From a virus, in the IMG/VR virus record IMGVR_UViG_3300047547_000167, positions 28,928-92,927 of that record: 64,000 bases of DNA; one strand, given 5' to 3'. The notes beneath the pieces were generated by a model that had not been told where the DNA came from, ran no database searches, and saw only the letters and a program-made list of their open reading frames with translations. A program made the position numbers and the translations under genes. This document shows, one piece after another, positions 47,678 to 55,322 of this stretch; the first letter of the stretch is position 1, and each line of letters opens with the position of its first letter.

Positions 47678-47886
47678 TTGCGCACCTCAGCCAAGCACTG
47701 GGCACGCAGGTCGGGGCGCTGGATGCTGTAGCACTGACCAGGGTCGCGGCGAGCGCGCGCCAGGCACATGGTGCGGGCATCGGCGTTCTGGATGTTGTAG
47801 CAGGCGCTGGTGTTGGCGATTGAGCCCGTTGCTGCGTGGCAGGCGCCAGCGGCAAATAAAAGGAGCAGTGCGGCAATGGTTTTCAT
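47674..47886 (-). CDS. small secreted Cys-rich repeat protein
   Basis: signal peptide plus 2x CYxIQxxDxRxxCLA. Confidence 0.75.
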   Translation of the reverse strand: MKTIAALLLLFAAGACHAATGSIANTSACYNIQNADARTMCLARARRDPGQCYSIQRPDLRAQCLAEVRK

Positions 47887-47900
47887 GGCGCGAGGTTACC

Positions 47901-48452
47901 TCAAACGCTGGGGCGCGACTTGAGGAACAGTCGGATGGGTGGAGTGGCGGATTTTGTCATGGGGGCTGGGCACCCCCAGACAAGAACGACCTCGGCATCG
48001 CTTAGAAGCACCTCTCCGGGGTCTTCCCCCGCGCCCCGGCTGTCTCCGCGAACGAGCGCCACTTGTGCGCCAACGTACCCGCCTTGGTTCAAAACCTTGA
48101 TTGCACGCTCAACACTTCCGTTTGCGCGAATTCCAATTGTTGATGTGCCATCCAGCTCTTCGTCCGTCTGCTCGCCGTCATCCCACCGGTAGCTTGGTGG
48201 CAATTCGTCGCCTTCGTTGACCGGATGGTCATGAGGAATAACGCGCAAACCCCAATCCGCATGCGGGTCGTCTTCGATGGCTTCTTTGATCTGATTAACA
48301 ACCGTGTCGCCGCCCCATACATGCCCGGCAGGCTCATTGTCATGGCGCGCCACCCGCTTATCCTCATGCGCCGCAACAAACGTGCCGTCCTTCTTGGTAT
48401 AGGCGGCAACGTGCGACTTGTAAAAATCAGCGGAAACGAAAAGTATCTTCAT
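47901..48452 (-). CDS. putative capsid-packaged accessory protein
   Basis: N-terminal FYKSHVAAYTKKDGTFVAAH; acidic core; C-terminal LFLKS; lower GC. Confidence 0.65.
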   Translation of the reverse strand: MKILFVSADFYKSHVAAYTKKDGTFVAAHEDKRVARHDNEPAGHVWGGDTVVNQIKEAIEDDPHADWGLRVIPHDHPVNEGDELPPSYRWDDGEQTDEELDGTSTIGIRANGSVERAIKVLNQGGYVGAQVALVRGDSRGAGEDPGEVLLSDAEVVLVWGCPAPMTKSATPPIRLFLKSRPSV

Positions 48453-48460
48453 GGAAACTC

Positions 48461-51400
48461 CTAAAACAAACCCTGTTGATCAGACTGCGCAGCAGCACGG
48501 CGCGCAGCAATTGCGCCAGCCACACCGGTGTCATCCAGGCCGTCCAGCGGTGAAGCCATCATATTCTTGAGCCCGTACTTGCGGTCGAGGCGCTCGCGGC
48601 TGCGGCGTTCCTCCGGGTGGTCACCCTGCAGGTCGATCAGCTCCACGCCCTTCTTCTGTCCCAGCCGGTGAATGCGGGCATTCCGCTGGCTGTGAGTTTT
48701 TGCGGTTTGGCTGATGTCGTGCTGGATCAGGAACTGGCCCGATTGAAGGTTCATACCCACGGCACCAGCGTCGGACGCAATCAGCACGTCGGCCTGCGCC
48801 TCGCCCTGTTCCGGGTTGAACATGCGGCGCTTGGCATCCTTCTCCTTGGCGCTGTCCGCCCCCGTGATGACCACGACGCGCCGCCCGGCCTTCTCCATGG
48901 CTGCCTTGTACTGGTTCACGGCCTCGCGGTTGCGGGCAAAGATCACGCCTTGCTTGCCCGGCCGAGCCTGCACCATCTCCACCGCACGCTGCACCTTGGC
49001 GTTGTCGGGGTGGGTGTTGATGACGCGGTTCACCGCCGACGACTTGAGCATGCCCACGGCTTTCTGGAGCTTGGAGGCCACGGCCTCGTGCTCCGCCTCG
49101 GGCACGCCATCAAACGAGCCAGGCGAAATGTGGCGCACGGCCTCCACGTCCACCTTGCCAGCGCGCTGCGCCAGGCGCGCGCGGGCCAGGTGCTTGTCGA
49201 GCTCGCCCAGCGCCTGCTGCTGCCCCTTGGACAGCGGCACGGTCTCCGTGCTGCGGCTGACAGCCACGTCGGGCGTGATGGAGGTCGGGAAGACGTAGCG
49301 GGCCATTTCCCGCTGCAGCGCCTCCTTGCTGGCAATGGTGTCGGCGCCGTAGCGACGCATGAAGGCCGCCCTGTCGCCGTACCGCTGCGGGTCCATCTTT
49401 TGCAGCATCGAGTGAATCTCGCTGGCGTCGTTCTTCACGGGGTCGCCTGACGAAAGCACGTGGTACGGGGTGTGGTGGCCGACCGCCTCGATGACGTTGG
49501 CCAGGCTGGAATTTTCCTTTCCAGCGCGATTCAGGGTGTCGTGGGACTCGTCCACAAACGAGGCGTCGAAGTTGATACCCTCCTTGGCCATCACACCGGC
49601 CACCCACTCGCGCCGCTGGTCGGTGCTCATGCCCTGCAGCTTCGCCGTCATGGCGCCCTCGTCAATCCCGGCATGCTTGGCCCCGAGGTGCACCATGTCG
49701 TCGCGGAAGGATTGGTGGGTCATAACGCAGATGTGCGTGCCGGCATCCTTGTAGGCCGCGATGCGCTCGGACTGGCTCGCGCCGGGCTGAATGTGGGTCT
49801 TGAACTTGCCGGGCTCCAGCAGGCGCAGGGCCTCGCCGGAGAACTGCCCCTGCACGATGGACGGCACCATCATGATCGACCGCTTGACCTTGCCCATGCC
49901 GGACAGGTGCGCGTGGGCACCCAGCATCATGTTGGTCTTCCCCGACCCCGCCCCGGCGGCCAGCATGGCGCGCTTGTTGGCGGCCACCAGCTTGATCGCG
50001 CGCTGCTGGGCGGCGTACTTGCCCGACATGGACACGCCCCACAGCTTCGTGGGCTGGCCGGGTTTGAAGTTCTCGCCCACGTGGCCAACCATGGCCGCAA
50101 TCTGCCGCTCGGCGGCGTGCCCCAGGGTGTGGCGCTCGTCGGCCCCAAGCGGCGCAGGAGCGCCATCCTGGCCAGGCCCTGCGGCCTCCGGCGCATCCTC
50201 GGACGAGAAGAACCCCATCTGCGCCTGCTCGAACGCGGCCTGCTCCTGCTTGGCGGCGTCGATCTTGTCCGCCACCGAGCCGCTGGAATACTTGCCGCCC
50301 ACCCGGTTGCGCAGCCGGTCCACCAACTCCTTGTCCTTCGCCAGCCGGGCCTCGCGGGCCGCAGGGTCCACGGCGTCCAGGTGGTTGAGGTTGTTTCGGA
50401 TGGTGCGCTTGCCCAGCTTCATGGGCGCGTCGGGGTTGAGCTTGTTGTGAGCCTCCACAAACGAGCTGGCCATCTTCGAGCGAATGACGTCCTGCACTGC
50501 CTCGTAGGCGCGCTCGTTGCCGCCCATGGTCTTCAGGTACTTGGACCACGTGAGGCTGCTGGCATTGAGCTTGGCGGCCAGGCCGTCGCGGTGCGCCTTC
50601 CAGTCCTGCCAGTCGGGATTCGGCACGGTGTCCCCGAACATATCGGTGGACTCCTTCTCGGGCTCGCTGGCGACGTGTTCCTCCAACTCCTTGCGCATGG
50701 CGCCAGCGGCGGCATCCTCGCGGGCGATGTGGCGGTAGAAGTGATCGCGCAGGGCGGCCTGGTCCTTGTTGGTCAGCTCGCCGATTTGCTTGTAGGCGGC
50801 GGTGCCCTCCGGGGTTTCAGCCAGGGCGCGGTGGAGCGCGTCCACCGATTGCTGGTCAATCTGGAATTTCTGCCGATTGAGCGTGGTGCGCTCGCCCCCC
50901 AGGGCGGCCACGTGGTCGTCGGCGTACTTGTCGAAGGTGTCGGCCAGCGCCTCGGCGCGCTGCTGCTTGCCGTCCGCGCCCTTCAGTGGGGCCACGGCAT
51001 CCAGCGCCGCCCGGTATTCCTCCGCGCGCCCCGCCCCGACCTTTTGGAAGAAGTCGGCGGATTGCACGTCGGACAGGATATCGGCTGGCGCATCGCCGTC
51101 GGCGGCACGCGCCCCAATGTAGGTCTTCAGGCTTGCCTTCAGGTCTTCACCGGCCTGGAACGGCTGCGCCATGCGCTCGGCCACGCCCGGCTTCACGTCC
51201 ATGACCATGTCGGGGCGATTGGCAACCCCCATGGGCAGCCAGCCATCCTCGTCGTGGTCGCCGCGCATGATCGCCAGGTTGCGCCGCACCTGGGCAATGT
51301 CTTCGCGCGCAACGGGCCTGGCCAGGCGCGACATGCCCGCAGGCGTGACCGTGAGGAACGTGTCGCCACCGACCTTCTCCAACTCGTAGTCGCCGGGCTG

Positions 51401-53011
51401 GAGCCCAATGGCGCGAACCTGTGTGATCGCAGCCTCGGGCGACGTGTTCCCCAGGGAAACCTGGAAGTCGCCCGACCCGGGGCCCTTCATGGCCACCACG
51501 AGCGCGGCGTTGGCCTCCATCTCGCCCAGGGCTTGCCCCAGGATGCGCTGGGCATCCCCGACGGCGGCACGACGGCGCGAATTCAGCTCCTGCGCCACGG
51601 CCAGGTCCGCCCCGGTTTTGGCCTCGTCGGAGAGGTCGATGGCGGCGGCCGCGTCGGTCAGCTCCCGCGCCTGCTTCAGCGCCTTGGTGCTGGTGGTCAT
51701 GTAGTGGTTGACGTGCCAGTCCTGGATGCCCTCGGCAACGTGCTGCACCTCGTCGGGGTTGAGGTCGGCGTGCAGGCGACGCGCCAGCACCTGGGCGGCA
51801 CCGGCCACCCCCAGCACGTCCACAACGGAGCGATCCACCAGGGCGTCGCCCCCCACGGCCATGGCCAGGGCGTTGATGCTGTTGTAAGCGCCAACCCCCA
51901 TGTGCCCCCCCAGGGTCTCGTTCGGCTGAGCCCCGGCGATCTTGCCGACCTCGGACAAGAACGCCCGCGTCTGGGCGGTGCGCAGGTCGTTCTTCAAGTC
52001 TTCCTGCACCGAGGCGTCCACATCGTCCGTGGTTTCCAGGACGAAGGCCTTGGGCTCCACGGGTGACTTGTCCACATCGGCATTGGCCTCGCGGGCGGCC
52101 TTTTCGATGAGGGCCAGCTTCTTGCCCTCCTTCACCAGATCGAGTGCGTCCTTGGCCGACAACAGGCTGGCGTCGGCTTTTGGGGCTGCGGGCTCTTTGA
52201 TGCCCGCCAGCTCCTGCTTGATCAGTTTGGCCGCGTCGCCCTTGGCCAGCGCCTTCTGCCGTTGCTCGGGTGTCATGCCGCCGGTTTTGACCTCCGACGC
52301 CTCGGCTTCGAGTTTGTCCTGCGACAGCCCAGCGGCCTCGGCGCGGCCCTTGTAGTCGGCCTGGAACCCCAGCCCGGCGCCAGGCGGGCGAACGGGGTCA
52401 AGGTCAGCGGCGGCAATCTCGTCGGGCGAATCGGAGAACAGCGGCACCTCGCCCACGCCTGCCTCTTCGCGCGCGGCGGGGCTTATCACCAGCATTTGAC
52501 GGCTCTGCTGGATCACTTCCTTGGCTTTGCTGAGCAGGTCGCGGTGGAACTTCGAGCGCACCTTGTCGCGTGCGGATTCGGACAAGTGCTCGTAGTCGGC
52601 CTCGGGGAACTCCAGCTCTTCCGGCGCCCATCCGGCCTTTTTCGCCACAGCGTTGATGACCGATTGCTCGGCCTTTTTGCGCTGCTCGGCAATGTCCTTG
52701 CGGACCTGCTCCTTGGCGCCATGGATGCCAGCGGCCTTGTCGGCGGCGATCTGCTCCTTGCGGGCCGCACGCTTGTCTGCGGCCTTTTTCCCAGCCTCAG
52801 CCTTGTAATCCGAGTGCGACTTGACCCCGCGCAGCTTGAGGTAATTCAGGCTCCCTCCAGCGCCGCCAATGACGCGAGCGGAGCCGTCCGGGTGCGGCTG
52901 GATGAGCACAGCCTGACCCTTCGACCCCGGCCCGTTGGGATGGACTGTTATCCAATGGGCGTCAGCCGGAATTGCGTCGGCCTTGATGAGAAGTCGTGGG
53001 ATTTGCCGCAT
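48461..53011 (-). CDS. large SNF2-type helicase protein (DarB-like, putative internal virion protein)
   Basis: AGAGSGKT, FVDESH, SDAGAVGMNLQ, QRNARIHRLGQ; located in the head module. Confidence 0.78.
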   Translation of the reverse strand: MRQIPRLLIKADAIPADAHWITVHPNGPGSKGQAVLIQPHPDGSARVIGGAGGSLNYLKLRGVKSHSDYKAEAGKKAADKRAARKEQIAADKAAGIHGAKEQVRKDIAEQRKKAEQSVINAVAKKAGWAPEELEFPEADYEHLSESARDKVRSKFHRDLLSKAKEVIQQSRQMLVISPAAREEAGVGEVPLFSDSPDEIAAADLDPVRPPGAGLGFQADYKGRAEAAGLSQDKLEAEASEVKTGGMTPEQRQKALAKGDAAKLIKQELAGIKEPAAPKADASLLSAKDALDLVKEGKKLALIEKAAREANADVDKSPVEPKAFVLETTDDVDASVQEDLKNDLRTAQTRAFLSEVGKIAGAQPNETLGGHMGVGAYNSINALAMAVGGDALVDRSVVDVLGVAGAAQVLARRLHADLNPDEVQHVAEGIQDWHVNHYMTTSTKALKQARELTDAAAAIDLSDEAKTGADLAVAQELNSRRRAAVGDAQRILGQALGEMEANAALVVAMKGPGSGDFQVSLGNTSPEAAITQVRAIGLQPGDYELEKVGGDTFLTVTPAGMSRLARPVAREDIAQVRRNLAIMRGDHDEDGWLPMGVANRPDMVMDVKPGVAERMAQPFQAGEDLKASLKTYIGARAADGDAPADILSDVQSADFFQKVGAGRAEEYRAALDAVAPLKGADGKQQRAEALADTFDKYADDHVAALGGERTTLNRQKFQIDQQSVDALHRALAETPEGTAAYKQIGELTNKDQAALRDHFYRHIAREDAAAGAMRKELEEHVASEPEKESTDMFGDTVPNPDWQDWKAHRDGLAAKLNASSLTWSKYLKTMGGNERAYEAVQDVIRSKMASSFVEAHNKLNPDAPMKLGKRTIRNNLNHLDAVDPAAREARLAKDKELVDRLRNRVGGKYSSGSVADKIDAAKQEQAAFEQAQMGFFSSEDAPEAAGPGQDGAPAPLGADERHTLGHAAERQIAAMVGHVGENFKPGQPTKLWGVSMSGKYAAQQRAIKLVAANKRAMLAAGAGSGKTNMMLGAHAHLSGMGKVKRSIMMVPSIVQGQFSGEALRLLEPGKFKTHIQPGASQSERIAAYKDAGTHICVMTHQSFRDDMVHLGAKHAGIDEGAMTAKLQGMSTDQRREWVAGVMAKEGINFDASFVDESHDTLNRAGKENSSLANVIEAVGHHTPYHVLSSGDPVKNDASEIHSMLQKMDPQRYGDRAAFMRRYGADTIASKEALQREMARYVFPTSITPDVAVSRSTETVPLSKGQQQALGELDKHLARARLAQRAGKVDVEAVRHISPGSFDGVPEAEHEAVASKLQKAVGMLKSSAVNRVINTHPDNAKVQRAVEMVQARPGKQGVIFARNREAVNQYKAAMEKAGRRVVVITGADSAKEKDAKRRMFNPEQGEAQADVLIASDAGAVGMNLQSGQFLIQHDISQTAKTHSQRNARIHRLGQKKGVELIDLQGDHPEERRSRERLDRKYGLKNMMASPLDGLDDTGVAGAIAARRAAAQSDQQGLF

Positions 53012-53017
53012 CGTCAG

Positions 53018-53033
53018 AGAATACGGTCACGAC
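53018..53033 (-). promoter_or_regulatory. putative late promoter motif, 6 nt before ATG
   Basis: GTCGTGACCGTATTCT-CTGACG-ATG. Confidence 0.75.
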
Positions 53034-53064
53034 ACCCCTGATTCTTTTGGATGAGAGACTTGCC

Positions 53065-53448
53065 ATGAATTGTGTGCTCTTACGCTGCGCCGCACAAGAA
53101 CAGGGGGGGCAAAGGGTGGGGAACGACAATCGCGCTCGGATTGAGCGCGCCGAGAGGTATGCAAAGTCGGACGAGGGGGTGAACGCGAGCCTTGGTGAGA
53201 TGGCGGAATGCGCATGCATGAGCCGCTTTCACTTCGCCCGCGTTTTTCGTGACGTTACAGGCAAGACTCCGATGGAGTACGTGCTCGAACAGAAGATCGA
53301 GTGCGCCAAGAGGCGGCTGGCCACGGGGCGCTGCAGTATCGCAGCCGTCGCGGCGTTGTGTGGGTTTTCAGACCAGTCCCACATGACGCGGGTGTTTAGG
53401 CGCAACCAGGGAGAAACCCCGGCGCAATTCAAGCGCCGCCAAGAATAG
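53065..53448 (+). CDS. stand-alone AraC/XylS-family HTH regulator
   Basis: SLGEMAECACMSRFHFARVFR..TG.TP.EY...IAAVAALCGFSDQSH.TRVFR...G.TP..F; start at 53065 or 53116. Confidence 0.88.
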   Translation: MNCVLLRCAAQEQGGQRVGNDNRARIERAERYAKSDEGVNASLGEMAECACMSRFHFARVFRDVTGKTPMEYVLEQKIECAKRRLATGRCSIAAVAALCGFSDQSHMTRVFRRNQGETPAQFKRRQE

Positions 53449-54586
53449 CGCGAAGCTCATCCCCGAACGCCGGATCGTCGCCGGGGGCGTCCTCGATCAC
53501 GGGCACCCAACGGCCACGGCAGTGCGGGTGGGCCAGCCCGGCTGGGATTTGCCACATCTCGTCAGGCTCGCGGTCCACCAGCACGTCGCCGACGCGCTTC
53601 TTCGGAGAGGCAGAACGGCCCACGTTGTTCTTTCCCGGCCAGATCATGGTGTCGGGGTTTTTGTCCGGGCGGTCGGCGGCGACAACCGTGACCACGCGGC
53701 CATCGATGCTGCGGCAGAAGGCGCACGCGCCCTCGTACCGCTCCACGCGCTGGACCTTGGTGCCGGGCTTCAGGCTGGCGATGTAGCCCTGCAGCTGGGC
53801 CTCGCCCGCCTCGGTGACGGCGATGCGCCGCCAGTCCCGATTGAGGGCGCCGAACTCGTCCAGCAGCTTGGTCTCCAGGCTGCTGGTGCCCGGCGGCAGG
53901 TTGCCCAGAGCCCGCTGCTCCAGATCGGCGACTACCACGGCGCGCAGGCGGTGGCGGGTGTTGTCGGACAGGGCCTGAACGTGCTCGGCTGCGCGGGCGC
54001 GGGCGAACGTGAGCACGGCCTGGGTGGCTGCCGACAACGCGGTGGCCTGCGCAGCCGACGAAGGCAGTGCCGCCAGGATGGCGTCGGCCTGCTTGGCGGT
54101 TGGCGTCTTGCCTTCGAGATTGGCCTGCACCTTCCCCATCATCGTGGCCTTTGTGGCGAGCCAGTCGGCCTCGGCCACCAGCTCGCCAGCGGGCAGGTGT
54201 CGCTGCACCACGTACTCGATGGCGAGAAGGTGGTCGTCCAGCGTCCAGACGGCGGGCGGCAGGCTTTCCAGGTACAGGCGGGCCAGGGACAGCTCGGCCT
54301 CGTTCCAGCGGGAAAGCATGCCGGGCGGTGTGGGCTGGATGGATGCGGTGGGGGTGTGATTCGCGCCAGACTGCCAGGCCAGCAGCTGCTGGTGCACGGC
54401 ATCCAAGCGGGCCAGGCCGCGCTCGGTAAACAGCTCGATCAGGCGGCGCACCAGGGGGGAATCGTGGGGCTTCCAGATGCCGTCCTTCCCGTGGTCGTGG
54501 CCGTCGGAAAGCGCTTTGTAGAGCCCCTCCAGCATGTCGTTGGTGGCGCGGATCGGGACGTGCAGCAGGTCGAGGAATAAGCCCAT
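53429..54586 (-). CDS. head morphogenesis protein (SPP1 gp7/Mu gpF-like)
   Basis: RDWRRIAVTE, ACAFC, HPHCRG. Confidence 0.82.
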   Translation of the reverse strand: MGLFLDLLHVPIRATNDMLEGLYKALSDGHDHGKDGIWKPHDSPLVRRLIELFTERGLARLDAVHQQLLAWQSGANHTPTASIQPTPPGMLSRWNEAELSLARLYLESLPPAVWTLDDHLLAIEYVVQRHLPAGELVAEADWLATKATMMGKVQANLEGKTPTAKQADAILAALPSSAAQATALSAATQAVLTFARARAAEHVQALSDNTRHRLRAVVVADLEQRALGNLPPGTSSLETKLLDEFGALNRDWRRIAVTEAGEAQLQGYIASLKPGTKVQRVERYEGACAFCRSIDGRVVTVVAADRPDKNPDTMIWPGKNNVGRSASPKKRVGDVLVDREPDEMWQIPAGLAHPHCRGRWVPVIEDAPGDDPAFGDELRAILGGA

Positions 54587-54592
54587 CCGGGC

Positions 54593-54608
54593 AGTGTCGC
54601 GTCACGAC
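54593..54608 (-). promoter_or_regulatory. putative late promoter motif, 6 nt before ATG
   Basis: GTCGTGACGCGACACT-GCCCGG-ATG, directly after a terminator. Confidence 0.8.
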
Positions 54609-54636
54609 AAAAAAAAACCCGGCGCAAGGCCGGGTT
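54609..54636 (-). terminator. intrinsic terminator
   Basis: AACCCGGC-cttgc-GCCGGG followed by T9. Confidence 0.9.
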
Positions 54637-54868
54637 CAAAACTCCGGCCCAGGGAGGAAAGGCCGGCCACCTGTAGAGTGGAAGGTCGGCAGCCTGCCGC
54701 ACGGGGCATGGAGCCCACTACGGCGGCAGTGCGTGCCAGATTTGGCACCGGGAGCCTTTCACCCAGTTGGCTTGTCGCGGCTCTCACGCGCATCAGCCGG
54801 GAAACCCCAGCCTGCCGGTTACGCTATCCGGCCCCGTGACGAGCAACTGAACTGCTCGCTGGTCGGCG
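54609..54868 (-). ncRNA. candidate structured ncRNA (~260 nt)
   Basis: about nine consecutive stems; TATAGT -10-like box at 54880-54875; terminators on both sides; no credible ORF. Confidence 0.55.
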
Positions 54869-54913
54869 GAACGAACTATACAACAACTTTATCGGCGCGG
54901 TGCGTCCACCACG

Positions 54914-54948
54914 AAAAAATGGTGGCGTGCTACCAACACGCCACCATT
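54914..54948 (-). terminator. intrinsic terminator
   Basis: AATGGTGGCGTG-ttggtag-CACGCCACCATTTTTT. Confidence 0.85.
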
Positions 54949-55100
54949 CTCACCCACCATTCGACTACGGGCGAACCCGCTGGCGGGAGCGTTTTCAGCG
55001 CATCTGCCTCCGACTGTTACCAGCCGAGGAACCCGGCTGCGCGGGTTGAAAGTTCTCCCGGCGGCTTAGCCCCCGCCGGACCTGCCAGACTTCAGGCGTT

Positions 55101-55322
55101 CTAGGGCGTGCTGCTGATTCCAAGGAGCATCAAAATGAGCGCCTCTTCCTCCTGTTGCCGGCGCTTTCGCGCCAGCGATGTGCTGCTGATTCCGGTGCTC
55201 GACGTGCTTGTTGGGCCCCAGTCGTAAACGGTCGCGGGCGGCAGCGGCTCTGGCACGGCCAGCATCCGGCCAAATGAATTGCCGAATGCCTTGCCAAACG
55301 ACAGGCCCCATGCTGAAGCCAT
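55101..55322 (-). CDS. hypothetical protein
   Basis: MASAWGLSFGKAFGNSFG; adjacent to the upstream stop codon. Confidence 0.65.
   Translation of the reverse strand: MASAWGLSFGKAFGNSFGRMLAVPEPLPPATVYDWGPTSTSSTGISSTSLARKRRQQEEEALILMLLGISSTP

Noticed and set aside
17195-54608. CRISPR array or REP-type interpretation of the TCACGAC repeats
   Set aside because: Copies are dispersed, non-palindromic, gene-oriented and at fixed distance from start codons
54750-54800. Hammerhead ribozyme (CTGATG...GAAA on the minus strand)
   Set aside because: The core reads CUGAUGC rather than CUGANGA, and the stems do not fit the topology
54833-54848. CCCGTGACGAGCAACT as a plus-strand late promoter copy
   Set aside because: Mismatched 5' bases, no A at hexamer position 2, and no downstream gene
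54950-55045. HDV-like ribozyme (TTCCTCG, GG-TAACA, CGAATGG)
   Set aside because: No room for the P3 and P1 3' strands, so the nested double pseudoknot cannot be built
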